Assembly: GCA_964658305.1 (NCBI GenBank)
Contig: OZ210886.1
Location: 868,001 to 932,000 of the forward strand
Reading direction: 5' to 3'
Source of the DNA: Leptogorgia sarmentosa
Lineage: Eukaryota
DNA length: 64,000 nt
A program made the position numbers and the translations under genes. Positions 1-13,600 of this stretch are shown one piece after another. The first letter of the stretch is position 1, and each line of letters starts with the position of its first letter. The notes beneath the pieces were generated by a model, which did no database searches, was not told the DNA's origin, and was given only the letters and a program-made list of their open reading frames with translations.

Positions 1-10
1 CGTTTTTCAG

Positions 11-181
11 TATTTTGCAGACGTTACGTTACTTGACGGTCAAGGGCGAACGGCATTGTGGTATGCACGAGAAAGTGGTAGTAGAGAATGCGAAGAAATA
101 TTAAGATATAATGGCTGTCAGAACATGGGGCGTTCTTTGTCATGTAGTGGATCTTCAAACAGTGGTGATCTGACGTCATAG
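11..181 (+). CDS. AGAP: Terminal exon of an Arf-GAP with GTPase, ankyrin repeat and PH domains (centaurin-gamma/AGAP-like); the rest of the gene lies upstream of the window
   Basis: After acceptor tttttcag (AG 9-10) the frame reads YFADVTLLDGQGRTALWYARESGSRECEEILRYNGC...DLTS-TAG(179-181). This resembles the C-terminal ankyrin repeat of AGAP1 ([36 protein letters not shown], recalled). Downstream AATAAA at ~687 and ~726. Not in the ORF track. Confidence 0.75.
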   Translation, partial: YFADVTLLDGQGRTALWYARESGSRECEEILRYNGCQNMGRSLSCSGSSNSGDLTS

Positions 182-1062
182 TTTGCACTAAGACGCTGTT
201 TACACAAAGACGCGTACGAGCGGAACGAAATTTCACAGATATTCACGATTCCCCCTGAAATGATGTCATTTTCCTTTCGCATATCTTGAACGTGTTTCAA
301 AATTTCGATGTGATCATTCGTCTGCAGAATGATATATTCGTTGAACGTTAAGCTAGGCGAAAGTAACTTCAGTTTAGTTTTGAAGCCAGCCATATTTCAA
401 CAAAATACAACACCGAAGTGAAATCGTCTCCGTAAACGCTTCTTGGTTGAACTGAACCATCGACCAAATATTGTCACCAATGGGAATTATTTTTTGGGTA
501 TAATTTTGTGCCGAGTAGTTTTTTTAAATTGTAAAAAGTCCGGAGTTGGATCAGATAAAATGCCGCGGGAGGCACTTTTTGCACCAGAACATTTTGGGAA
601 TTCACCATTGTATATAAGTGCTTATCTCATACGTATAGAGATTATATATTATATCTATATATGTAAATTTATTGATATACAATTAGAATAAATTATAAAG
701 ATATATATATATTGATTGTGACATAAATAAATTATCAAAATGACGTTTTGTTCTTGTTTTGTCTGAAAAGTTTCTCCATAATCAACGATTTCATTCATTT
801 CAACACATTGTTACCCACTTGTTAGATAACATTAAGTTTCCTAAGGTGGTTCAGTAAAATGCTGGCTCATGTTAATAAGGAATGTAAAGGAATGAGGAAT
901 GTATATAAAAAAATTTAAATGACCGGAAAAGAGAATCAAAAGATTCTTCACCCTTCATCTTCACACATTTTACCACAACACAAGTTCTTATAGCATGCAT
1001 TACGATTTATTCAATACTAATTGCAAACATGCATTATGATTTATTCTATAGTAATTGCAAAC

Positions 1063-2075
1063 ATGCATTATGATTTATTGTATAATAATTGCAAAAAGGT
1101 GAATAGAAAATGAAACCAACAAAAAGAATAAACAAATTGTCACTTGAGAAATACAGGAAATTAACGATGCATGCACATTAACGTGAATTTTGAAAATTCG
1201 CGTTAATTTAATTACTGCTATTAAATGCTAATAGAAATCTAACGCTCATTTTCTAAAAACGATTCAGAGCTATGTGAATTCAACATTATTTGCATGTTTG
1301 TATGCGTTGCGCGTTAATTACATGACTCTTACCATTTATATACCCGGAGCGAGGGTGATTTGACCAAATATTACCGAAGGTCATGGTATTTTCCGAGGAC
1401 GAAGTCCGACGGGAACACCATGATCTTCGGGTAATATTTAGTCGAATCACCCGAGCAGAGGGTATATAAATGATATATAACACCGAAAATAGATGTGTAA
1501 ATTGAACACAAGTTCTTATATGCATGCATTATGATTTACTGTATAATAATTGCAAAGAGGTGAATAGAAAATGAAACCAACAAAAAGAATAAACAAATTG
1601 TCACTTGAGAAATACAGGAAATTAACGATGCATGCACATTAACGTGAATTTTGAAAATTCGCGTTAATTCAATTACTGCTATTAAATGTACAATAGAAAT
1701 CTAACGCTCATTTTCTAAAAACGATTCAGAGCTATGTGAATTCAACATTATTTGCATGTTTGTATGCGTTGCGCGTTAATTACATGACTCTTATCATTTA
1801 TATACCCGGAGCGAGGGTGATTCGACCAAATATTACCGAAGGTCATGGTATTATCTGAGGACGAAGTCCGACGGGAACACCATGATCTTCGGGTAATATT
1901 TAGTCGAATCACCCGAGCAGAGGGTATATAAATGATATATAACACCGAAAATAGATGTGTGAATTGAACACAAGTTCTTATATGCATGCATTATGATTTA
2001 CTGTATAATAATTGCGAAAAGGTGAATAGAAAATAAAACCAACAAAAAGAATAAACAATAAACAAATTGTCATTT
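1063..2075. repeat. Tandem duplication, 462-bp period (two copies plus a partial third), preceded by three ~35-bp subrepeats (~994-1095)
   Basis: Near-identical sequence at offset 462 (ORFs 1286-1525 and 1748-1987 are the same sequence). Confidence 0.95.
1333..1472. mobile_element. Palindromic MITE-like element (~140 bp); second copy at 1795-1934
   Basis: Imperfect hairpin catttatataccc...gggtgatttgaccaaatattacc...GACGAAGTC (centre)...ggtaatatttagtcgaatcaccc...gggtatataaatg. Confidence 0.65.
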
Positions 2076-4837
2076 AAGAAGTATTTGTTATAGGATCTTT
2101 AATTTTACCAAGTTTATCTTCTTTAAAAATTTTCATCTCTTTTCATGTCCTTCTTTTTCATTCCGTTTTTATCACATGTCAGCTCTCTTTAAACCCATCT
2201 TTCAGATCTGCATTTTTAAATCCACGGAAACTCCAACATTGTCTTCCTTCAAAAGTTTCTTCACCCATTTTCACACATTTTACCATGCAGAATATTACGT
2301 TATTGAAGCACTTGCCGATTCTTGTCGATCGTATGTTAGTGTCACGAAACACTCTTCAACTATTAATTACGATAATATCTTTTTGTAGGATTCCCTAGCA
2401 ACTTATAGTACTTCAAAAGTGAAGATCATTTTAGTTGCCTCTTACGACACACATGATATACGTTGGGGGTATTCTTAGGCCGCCCACCACACGGCAAAGC
2501 CTGTCCCCACCCCCTTCCCAAACTTATATAACGGCACCAAGGTTGGTGCTGTTGTCCAGGAAGGCAACGGATGCTTTCTAGGGATGCAGTCTCAAGAAAC
2601 CTACGGAACTCTGGAATTTCACTTGAAGAGGCGATGGTCGCTGGCGCAGGATCGCGTGAAAATGAAGAATGAATAAATTTAAAAAAATATTTTGGTAAAC
2701 GAAATCGCAAGAGCGCATGCTCCATACCATGTCTTCTCTCAAATGAAACTGGCTGTAGTAGAAATCTTTTTGAAGCAAAACTACATACTAATGAAATTAT
2801 GTACACTTTATTTAGTAAAGTAGCAGTAACAAAGCAGCAGTTGGTAAAGAAACTGAGAAAGTGAGCTGTCATTGGGATAAGAATTGATTGATATTTGGTC
2901 TAGGGCACCGACCGAATAATCTAGGCATGGTTCACTATACTTTAGTTTTATGCATAACATAATATTAATGCTTTTTGAAAGCTGTGTTAATAAAAAACTG
3001 TGTTAATTACTGAAGGTTAGAGTAAACCAATAGATTTTTGAAAGATTTTGAACGATGGTAATAAGGAAAACGTGGAAATCACTGAAAACACTTGGAAGAA
3101 AAAAAATATAGATATACAAGTACAAAGCATCTAGTGGTTCACCCCTGAACTTGTTCTTGCAATACTACTAAAAATTGCCTTGCGCGCTGTTTTTTTCACA
3201 AAATTTTGTTGTTTACGCCACGAGAAGGTTGCTCAAATCCCAGATGGGTGTGGCTTCAAAATCCCTCGAGTGCGTCATAGTTCATAAACTGATAAACAAG
3301 TGACGTCACACATGTTTTTCTCAATCGAAACGCACGAAAAATCGCTCAAAATCATTTTATTTCAACTTCGAATTTCATAATAGCGAGGTAAATCAATAAA
3401 TACTCGCACATATGTGAAATTAGAACCAGCAAACGCCGTCACAAACAAACTCTAGACTTCAACGTTCGCGTGACGTTTCGAAGTAAAAACTAAACCGACA
3501 AACATGCAATAAAAATACAATAAAAACACACATGAATATTTGAATCCTACCTTTTTGTAGTGTAGACGAAGGCTGAACCAACTTGGAACTGCTTTATAGA
3601 CGCCAACGGCTGGTTTACTTCTAGTCCTGTAACTCCTGTTAAATTTAGAAGACAAAATTAGTTGACAAAATTGTAATTCTAATTGCTATCTCTTTCCTTA
3701 AACGGGCGAAATATTTCAACCTGAATTTTCGCTGAACTCATTTTTAAATCCTTATCGTTTGTACGAAATAAAACTAAAAGATTTGACAATGTAAAAAACG
3801 TTTAAAACTTTAAGAATGATTCATATCAAGCTTGCGAATGCAACAGAGAAGACATGTCGGCGCCTGTGCCGAAGCACTTCGAATCTTCGCACGACAATTT
3901 CGGACGGTAAAATTGCTCTGAAAACGCTGTAAAATATCTGGATTTTACCTTGTCTTAGATTGAGACCATGCCATCTGCCTTTTCTATGGAAAAAGTAAAA
4001 GAAAAAACATTTAGCAAGCAATATATGAAGAGACAACACGCCCAGAATTTCACAAACACGTACGTAACTATAAATGCGTGCGTACGCCAAACTTTCTTAA
4101 AATTTTACCTTTTAAAAGCCTCTGAACCAATATGGAAGTTATCCATGAAGTTATCCATGTCTATGAAGAAAGAAAGAAGACAAATATTCAAGTAAAACGT
4201 CTTAACTGTACTTCCAAAATGCTACGAAGTGGGGGTTGCGAATTCGCGCAGCGAATAACGACAAAAATATACAAAGAGCTAAAGGCAAAATGCGTTTGTC
4301 TACCTTTTTCTTGAAGCAGCTATGCTTTGCGACTAAGCATTGCGTACATCTTGTGCAATTTATCTTCGATTTTGGTCTTTTTTAATGCGAAGACGGCCCC
4401 AAACGTCCTTCCCATCGCGAAATTTAAAAAGATCTGATTTCGGAGACCCCCAGCAAAGAGTACCCCCAGCAGCCTACGTCACACCAATGAAAAAAAAAAC
4501 ACATCGGCTCCTGATTGGATACTTGGGACGATCTCGGTTTCTCATTGGCGTACCGTTCGGTGACGTTTTCGCCTCGCTGGATAGTCAGCTAGAAATACTG
4601 GACTGAAAGAAATGTTCGCCTTTCTCTTTCGGAAATCTCCGGAACGCCTCGGGACGATCCAGGATGAGCTTAATATGTAGGTTTTATGAACTGGACCAAC
4701 TGGACTGGCAAATAAGGGGCTAATCATTAACGGATTACATGAAGTAACGCGAAGTACAAAATAATTTGCGGGCTCGTAAAAAGCATAACAATTTACAATT
4801 AACAACATTCCGGAAAAGTGAAAGTTGCTTTAAAATA

Positions 4838-5578
4838 ATGTCAGCAAGAAAAGACTATTATAAAGTTCTTAATTTATCCCGCGATGCATCACAGAGTGAT
4901 ATAAAACGAGCGTATCGTAAGCTAGCGCTGAAATATCATCCAGATAAAAATAAAAGCCCAGATGCGACGAAGAAATTTCAAGACATAGGTGAAGCGTATT
5001 CGGTCCTTTCTGACCCAACAAAACGACGCAAATATGACTTGGGAAGCGGAACACCGTTTTCAGGATTCACCGACAACAACTTTGGTGATTTTTCCACTCC
5101 GTTTACTGAATTCACATTCAAGACAGGAGATTTCACAATGGATGACGCTTTTGATGTATTCTCAAATTTTATGTACGGTGGTGATATGCCTGTGATATTC
5201 CAGGAAGAAAACATGAAATATCACAAAGTTGATGTCCCGTTATCTGTGGCACAACATGGAGGAACCATAGATATTCCATTTGCCAAAGAAGATGGAGGCA
5301 ACACGCTTCAAATTGATGGTATTTTTAGTGGGAAATGGAAACCATTTATTGTTGTAGGGGAAAGTGATACAGTTATCTTGAAGGTTATGTTTCCCCCTGA
5401 TATGAGTTTGAAGGAAAGACAACGACAGCAGAAAATATTTCTGGGAGTTCATGCTATATCATTGGTAAAAAATACTGTTCAAGATGTGTTAGAGAGCCAC
5501 CCAGTTATAGGAGCAATTGGCTTGGGGATTGGTGCTGCTGCACTGTTTTTATTCTCTCTTAAAAAGTTAACTGAATGA
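4838..5578 (+). CDS. Intronless DnaJ/Hsp40 J-domain protein (246 aa) with G/F-rich region and C-terminal transmembrane tail
   Basis: [39 protein letters not shown] (HPD motif), G/F-rich segment, and C-terminal [19 protein letters not shown] followed by KKLTE. First ATG is at 4838 (the ORF-track start at 4766 is TTG). Confidence 0.9.
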   Translation: MSARKDYYKVLNLSRDASQSDIKRAYRKLALKYHPDKNKSPDATKKFQDIGEAYSVLSDPTKRRKYDLGSGTPFSGFTDNNFGDFSTPFTEFTFKTGDFTMDDAFDVFSNFMYGGDMPVIFQEENMKYHKVDVPLSVAQHGGTIDIPFAKEDGGNTLQIDGIFSGKWKPFIVVGESDTVILKVMFPPDMSLKERQRQQKIFLGVHAISLVKNTVQDVLESHPVIGAIGLGIGAAALFLFSLKKLTE

Positions 5579-5602
5579 CCAAAAGCTCCATGATAAATTT
5601 TG

Positions 5603-5729
5603 AGCCCTAGGCAAACTAGGAAACATTGTTGCAGAAACATTTTGCTTCCTGTCAATGTTTCCCAGTTTGCCCACACTGGAAAACCAAGGAAACGATATTT
5701 CCACAATGTTTCCTAGTTTGCCCAGGGCT
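5603..5729. mobile_element. MITE with ~27-bp terminal inverted repeats (Harbinger-like ends) in the DnaJ 3' region
   Basis: agccctaggcaaactaggaaacattgt ... acaatgtttcctagtttgcccagggct; TSD not clean. Confidence 0.75.
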
Positions 5730-6667
5730 TTAATATTCAGTAACTACATATCCATGCAGGCGGTAATTCATTTAGATCAATAAGATGATCTTTTGAAGGC
5801 AATTAAATTGTCTATGATGGCATGAAGATTTTTAAAATCCTTGATCCAGGTATTCCATATTAATGATTAATCCAGGTATTCCATATTAATGATATTGATT
5901 ATTCCTTTTGGTTTGTTAGCCCAGGTATTCACTAATGCAATATAACAAATAACTTGGTAAATTCACGTTATATACAAGGTGTCCCCAAGAAATCCACCCA
6001 CTACATTTGGTAGTATTATTACTTCTTGCAGTATAAAGATACCATCCTATTATTCCAAACCATAATTTAATAAATAACCAATAAAAGTTAGGTGTAGGCT
6101 ATAGCACAAAATAAACTTGTACAAGTATACACTTGAAATAACTGGAAATGTTTTAAATCCTTGAAATTCAATTCCAATAATTTTTCAAAAAAAATTAATG
6201 TATTGTTCAATAGTATTGGTCAAGTACCATGTATTGTTATTGTCTGCTGTGATTTTAAGTTCAATTCAATGTTCTCTCCACAACATCACCAGTAAATATG
6301 GAAAGCATTTGGGGGGACGGTATGAGAAATTAAAACTAGCACATTGGAGAGTGAGATTGAGGGAGAACATTGCTCTGCTGTTATCAAAAATGCCTTGCAC
6401 AAAAGTGACTGCAGTTACTGGTGCAAGGGGGGAGGGGTGCAGTTACCAATTGTGAAAACCAAAATGTGAGATACTACACTGATACTGGTGGTTAGTAGCT
6501 TCAAATTCATTGAAATTCATGTTCATGTTGCGCCAATACTCACATTTCCCGCCACAGGCCGCAATTTTTAGCATAAACCAGGCGAACCAGGCTGCATAAA
6601 TTTAGCATTGATCAGGGTGCTTATGCCCTGGCATTGACCTTTGCTGGTCGCATTGTGCAAGAGAAGT

Positions 6668-9651
6668 ATGGCTGCCTATATAAAGGTAGGATTTTGTTAT
6701 TTATCTATATTTTTAGCCCTTTTTTGCCAAATTTCGATGGATAATTTGTTTTCATTAAATATGTAGGCAAATGTGTTAAATGTTTCAGCTTTGTATTCTT
6801 AATTACACCACAGGTATATCATTCTTGTGTTAAGCGCACTGCGCACATGTGTTATTTTTGTTCAGTATTGTTCTCGTGGGTCAAATATTTGTGGGTACTG
6901 CTACAATGTACATAGCTATACTTTGTACAAAAACAATGTTCTTATGACTGAATTAAAGTTTTTGCTATTGCGTTTCACTTTCTGTGATACAGTGTGGTTA
7001 TTTCGACTATTTAAATATGCTATTTCTCACGTTCCATTGACCATGCGGCGTGAGTGATAGTCCAAAATTACCACCTCTCACTAACAGACTCGTTGCGCTT
7101 TCCCCAAAATATCTACACTCCACAGCAATTGTGTGTGAGAGAAAGTAGAATCGGAAATTTGATTTAACTAAGTTCTAATTCGGGAACCAGTGGTAGGGTA
7201 CTGAAGTTTCTAAAGATTATTGAATTTGGTTTTGGCCTGACTTAAAAAGACATGTGACCAACATAAAGGAAACATAATATTTTCTGAACCTTACACCAGG
7301 GGTCTGTTTGACAACATCAATTTTTGTTTAAGCATGATATTTGCAAACCCAAATACAAATACAAACAGCTGTCATGCTGTAGTTATCATAGATCTTACAC
7401 AATAGACTGTGTATGGGGCCCCACTGGTTCCCCCGGGAGAAATTTTTAAATATAGAGTCTTCCAAATGCCATTTCATGTTTTTTTTCTTAACACATATTT
7501 AATGCTGACTGCTACCAATCCTTTAGCACCCCTGTTTCAAGTTTTCCTCCCTGGGAGTTAGATTGTTCATATACTCTACTGGATTTCTATTGTGGGATGT
7601 CATTGTGAATTGTGAAATCAAAATCATTGTGCCTTTCTGGTTCCTCTTGTATCTGAATTAAATTCAATGTATTATTTTCAATTTATAGATAGAAGATGAC
7701 CAGGTATTTCCAAAAGAAATGTTCTGTATTCCTCAACATTATGAAGATTGCTTGGAGTCAGTGATGATTCCAAAGGGACTTATTCTTAACAGGTTATAAT
7801 ACGATGTATTTGTTTCTGAGTTCTCAGATTTGTTTTTCACCAATGCATGGCACATTTTTCTTTTGAAAGTGTTCAATGTTGTGAAGTTTTCTCAAACAGG
7901 CAATGTCAGGGAGTAAACCACTGAGGTGTAAAAACTAAATGTGTTTTTTTATATTTTTGTGGTAGTACAGTTGATTTTCTATGCCTCTTCAATTCAATAA
8001 AACCTGCTCTTCTCTTTCCAGAACGGAACGGTTAGCTCGTGACATTTGTCACGATTTTGGTCATGCTCCTTTAGTAGCCTTGTGTTGTTTGAAAGGTGGT
8101 TACCAATTCTTCTCACATTTAAGTGAATTTATTACAAATTATAATGGGACTTCAGGTATGTTTATATGTTCAAGTGTACACTAAACTGACATTAGTGAAC
8201 CCATGGATTAACTATGACACCCCCCCCCCCCCCATATCACCAGCATCTGCGTTGATCTGCATGCATGTTGTCCACATACGGATTAGAAACTAGATCTAGG
8301 ATCAGGGACCCTTTTTTTTTCAGGTCGGTCAGTTCCATTTTCAGTGGACTTTATACGTTTAAAAAGCTATGAGGTAATTGATGTATTTCATTGAGCATGT
8401 TTTTTAGCGCACTACTGACACTAAATCCTGAAATACGCCCTAGAATTCTAATTGCATGATCCATATTTAGAATGATAGTTCAACAAACAATGTTCAAGTA
8501 ATTGGTGGTGAAGTTCTGTCTTCTATATCTGGCAAGGTACAGTAACATATTGACCAGCATGAATATTTTATAAATCTTCTGATGTATACTTGGCTCAATT
8601 GGTTACAAGCTTCAGCTGGTAATATCACGTGACAAGGAGCGTAATGTAGTTATTAAAATGTGGTGATTGGTGATTAAAATGTTTTAACATCAATTTCTCC
8701 ATTTTCAGAATGTTTTAATTGTTGAGGTAGGCTTTCTACATTCCTAACATTAAGTATAATACTACTTACCTGCGTAAAATTTATCAAACGATGCATATTT
8801 CCGGAGTGTTGAATGTGTACGTGAGTTGGATTTAACGTTGCGTATTCATCGTGGTATTTTTAGGATATAATCGATACTGGCAGGACGATGAAAAAAATGC
8901 TTGAAATTGTCGCAGAATATAAACCTGCTCAAGTTAAAGTCGCCAGGTTGGTTGAGGCCAAGTAAATCCAATTAAGACAGATATATATATGTATTAGTTG
9001 TTAAGTTTTTAAATTTGATGTTCATGTTTGGCTTTCTATTTTTAGTTTGCTGGTAAAAAGAACACCACTGAGAAAATCGAATTACAGACCTGACTGTGAG
9101 GGTTTATCATATTGTTATAATTTTTGTTAAATAGATTTCAAAACGCTATGGTTCCTACCGTAAGGGGTATATGGAAAGGAATAATTCTCTTTCCTTTGTG
9201 CGGGACGTAATGACCGTAATGTTATTTCTGCTCCTGCGTTGGGTCAAAGGAATACCTAGGATAGGGATATTTTATGTAGGATACACTTCACGTTTTTCTT
9301 TTTTAGATATTGGATTTGAAATTCCTGATAAGTTTGTCGTTGGTTATGCGTTGGTAAGAACATTGTCATTGTGTAAATCTTTGGAATAGTTTGGAATGGA
9401 CCGAACAATCTACTTGATTTGTTTTATGGAATGAAATACACGTGCATATTTTAAATACTTTTAACTTAAACTGTTATATAAAATTTATCCATCTTTGTTT
9501 CAGGATTACAATGAATTTTTCAGGGATTTGAGTGTAAGTAAATGCCTGAGTTTTGCCATGAATATTGCATTTTTAAAATCATATCTTTCTTTTTTATTAG
9601 CATATCTGTGTTATCAATGATAAAGGAAAAGAAAAGTATCGTGTGAAATAA
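6668..9651 (+). CDS. HPRT: Hypoxanthine-guanine phosphoribosyltransferase, copy 1 (11 exons)
   Basis: Exons 6668-6685, 7689-7792, 8022-8155, 8324-8373, 8471-8536, 8709-8726, 8864-8946, 9046-9095, 9307-9353, 9504-9533, 9601-9651, all GT-AG. Motifs RTERLARD, LKGGYQFF, DFIRLKSY, NVLIVEDIIDTGRTM (PRPP loop), [23 protein letters not shown]. Confidence 0.95.
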
Positions 9652-10606
9652 TTTTACCGTCTTCTACAAATGACTTTAATGATTACAACAAAGGCCTTAA
9701 ACCTGCTTTTGGAATTGGACCTGAAATTTAACAATGAAACACCGTACCGCAACTATATATTATACAGCTTCATGACGTAGCAATGATTGAATGTTTTCAA
9801 TAATTTGGGTGCACGCCTTTCCGATTGTTGCATGTATTCCTGATTGGCTCATGTGTTCATGAAAACGAGGCCTGCTGGGTAACAATAGATATGTGACGTC
9901 ATTTCAGTGTATTGGGTTTGGATCACACATGGCCTGTTCCAAAATATTTTTATATGTAACATGTACAATATACATATGTTATATTTGTATGTTAATTTAT
10001 GTTGTACACCGGAAAAACCTAATTCGAATAAACAAACCTGATTTGTCATGATTTGTCTGTCCTTTTTTATTCTCAAATATAGTACAGCCGCGTTAACGGC
10101 TTGTATTTCAGTATAACAGTCTGATTAAAAAAAGGTTGTCCGTGCTCAGTTAAATCAGCTCAGTAAATGACTATAGCCCAGTATTTTTTCGTGTTTACTA
10201 TATGCTTTGGATTTATCGCAATTTTAAAATACCCTTGGTTTGTGGCTCCAAATAGAAGTTTCTTTTGCACGCTCATGGTTTAAGGTTTTGGACTTTGGAG
10301 GACAAAATTTTGCAAATCAGCTGTATACAGCTAACGCAACCCACACCTCCCTCTTCATTTTAGTTAATCCATCCTCCTCCTTTAGTTAATCCAGTTTTGA
10401 AAATTTCAATTTCAGAATTTTCTCATTTCTTTTTCATTATTACCCAGACAATCTGCATAAACCAAAACTTAGTTCCCCCGATGCGCTTGTACCCCCTGGG
10501 ATTTCCCGCCATACGCCACAGTTGGTTACATCCATATGGTTACACCATTGGTTACACGGGGGTTACATCACATAACATTGCCCAATATCTCTGGATCTGT
10601 GCCAAT

Positions 10607-13600
10607 ATGGCTGACTATATAAAGGTAAGAGTTTATTACTTTAGATTTGCTTCAAATTCGATGGTTCTTTTAGATATATAGGCAATTCTATTTTATATGG
10701 TTCATACAGTTATATGGTTCGAGTGTGTATTTTGAAATGCATTGCTACACTCTAAGAGTGCTCGCCGGCCGGCATAAATTGATTGCTATTCAGACGTTCA
10801 TCATGTGCACACTAGTCTCATGTTATATGGCTACTATACCTTGGTAATGCAATATTTAACAATTTTATTTTGTGTAATTGTACACTAGTCCGAGTAGTTT
10901 CTGCGTGATCTGTGAATACTATATGATTTACATGTAACACACGCCGGCTCATATTATGTCACAGTATCACTCCAGGAATCTTGAGCTCAGGAACCAGTGG
11001 TATTGTACCAGTGGGTTTTTGGCCTGACTTTGACCAATATGAATGAAGAAAAACCTCAAACCAGAGGTGGCAACATTAATTCTTGTTTAGGCATTGAAGT
11101 TTACATACCATTGAAACATAAAAAGGACAAAGGTCATCTTATTGCAGTCATCATATTTCATTTAATCAGCATTTTGAAGCTAGTTTAATTATTTTCCAAA
11201 TCAAAATGAGTGGGCATATTTTCAATCCACCACCTGTGGGGGCAAGACATGGTTTTCGCCCCCACAAAATGTTATATTGAGCTGTGGTATTGAACACAAA
11301 TGGTACCATCTTTATCACCAGTACAATTGATTCAAGTAAAGTTACACAAATTAAAGTTACACACCCTTCCCCCTTGGTATTCAATGTTGAGTTGTAGTTA
11401 GGATTTGGTTTTCACATACAGTAGTGTATGGACTGCAAAAACAACATTGAGTGGGGTGGGTGGAGGGAAGAGGGTATTATCGCTTGTAATTATTAACAAA
11501 ATGCCACAGATGTCCTAATACCATTGGTGTCCCGGCTACTTTTGAAACCTATTGGTGGTCTTGTGGCTTTGGTAATTGAACTGCCTCTACAAATTTTTAG
11601 GTGGCCTTCTGAAATGCTTTCTATATGCTGCTTCTAGCTAATTTTGACAAAGTTGGATTTCCCATTAAATCTTAATTTCTCTTCCAATTCATCTCCAATC
11701 TTTAGTTCTACTTATCCAATTGAGGTCTTGCTTAATGCCATACCCGTAGTCTATCTGTTTTTAAGCTTGTTCTTTGGCTGGGTAAACTCAGTGTATTGAG
11801 TGGTTGATTTGGCATTTTTTGTTTTACAGATAAAAGATGACCACACGTTTTCAAAAGAAATGTTTTGTATTCCTCAACATTATGAAGATTACTTAGAGTC
11901 AGTGATGATTCCAAAGGGACTCATTCTCAACAGGTTACAGAATATAATACATACAATACATTGTTTTCCTGACTGTGGAAATTACAATTTTACCAATGCA
12001 TGGCGCAGTTGTATTTTTTCCACAGTTTCGCGCTGTTTCAATTCAACAAAATCTTTTCTTTCCAGAACGGAACGGCTAGCTCGTGACATTTGTCACGATT
12101 TTGGTCATGCTCCTTTAGTAGCCTTGTGTTGTTTGAAAGGTGGCTACCAATTCTTCTCGCATTTAAGCGAATTTATAATAAGTCGTAATGGGACTTCAGG
12201 TTTGTAGCTATCTTATACCGATGAAAGAAATAGCGTGAATAAATTGCGGCTTTGTTCAGCGGAAAATGACGTGATAAGAGTAGTAAAAAAGTTCCAGAAC
12301 TACTCGTGATAGAACTAATTTTTGAAATTCAATTTCAGGTCGGTCAGTTCCGTTTTCGGTCGACTTTATACGTTTAAAAAGCTATGAGGTAATTGATGTA
12401 TTTCATTGAGCATGTTTTTTTATATTTTTTTAGCGCACCACTGGCACTAAATCCTGAAATACGCCCTATAATTCTAATTGCATGATCCATATTTAGAATG
12501 ATAGTTCAACAAACAATGTTCAAGTAATTGGTGGTGAAGTTCTGTCTTCTATATCTGGCAAGGTACAGTAACATATTGACCAGCATGAATATTTTATAAA
12601 TCTTCTGATGTATACTTGGCTCAATTGGTTACAAGCTTCAGCTGGTAATATCACGTGACAAGGAGCGTAATGTAGTTATTAAAATGTGGTGATTGGTGAT
12701 TAAAATGTTTTAACATCAATTTTTCCATTTTCAGAATGTTTTAATTGTTGAGGTAGGCTTTCTACATTCCTCACATTAAGTAAATACTACTTACCTGCGT
12801 AAAATTTATCAAACGATGCATATTTCCGGAGTGTTGAATGTGTACGTGAGTTGGATTTAACGTTGCGTATTCATCGTGGTATTTTTAGGATATAATCGAT
12901 ACTGGCAGGACGATGGAAAAAATGCTTGAAATTGTCGCAGAATATAAACCTGCTCAAGTTAAAGTCGCCAGGTTGGTTGAGGCCATGTTATCGACCGTTC
13001 TTTACATCAATTTTGAGTGCAGAACATTTGGGTAGGACCCTACCGTAGGACTAGCTATCCTGACATTTTCAATTCACTTCACATAAGTCAAGTCACCAAC
13101 ATAAAGCTGCTTCGTTATTTATGTCGAAGAATTTCTTTACCCACCTACCAAGCCCCGCCTACGCCCACACAACGTACCAAACAACACGTACACTGCCATC
13201 CACCCCAACCCCAAAACGCACAAATTCCAGTGCCCCTGCCTACGTCTCAGACATGTAAGTAGAAAAAATGCACCTTCACCACCAAAATTAGGACAGTGTT
13301 AAAATAGTAGAAATATGTATCGTTGAACTACACGTGGTTTGTATTTTCAGTTTGTTAGTAAAAAGGACACCACTGAAAAAAACGAATTACAGACCTGACT
13401 GTGAGTATATTTATACCGTTTCATTTTTTGGAATTCGTTTTCTGGGTTCCTACTGTTTCTTTAAATCACCTCCAGTATATGATGTTGATGCATGAGTTTC
13501 TATTTCAAACCGTATTTTATGCGCAACAGCGTAAGGCCTTTAAAATTTTACATTTTGCCAAAGTATTTTCTTTTGATATTAGATATTGGATTCGAAATTC

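Noticed and set aside
118..393. Minus-strand 91-aa ORF ending TTC-TGA-C with an overlapping +1 ORF (antizyme-like frameshift?)
   Set aside because: The +1 frame has no antizyme similarity, and the region is explained by the plus-strand AGAP last exon and 3' UTR.
2426..2872. 148-aa minus ORF with a CLPG...WCRY segment faintly like a transposase zinc motif
   Set aside because: Similarity too weak; no catalytic motif or TIRs identified.
4470..4650. Heat-shock/UPR elements upstream of the J-protein gene
   Set aside because: Only imperfect nGAAn arrays and TGACGT/CCAAT cores; not distinguishable from chance by eye.
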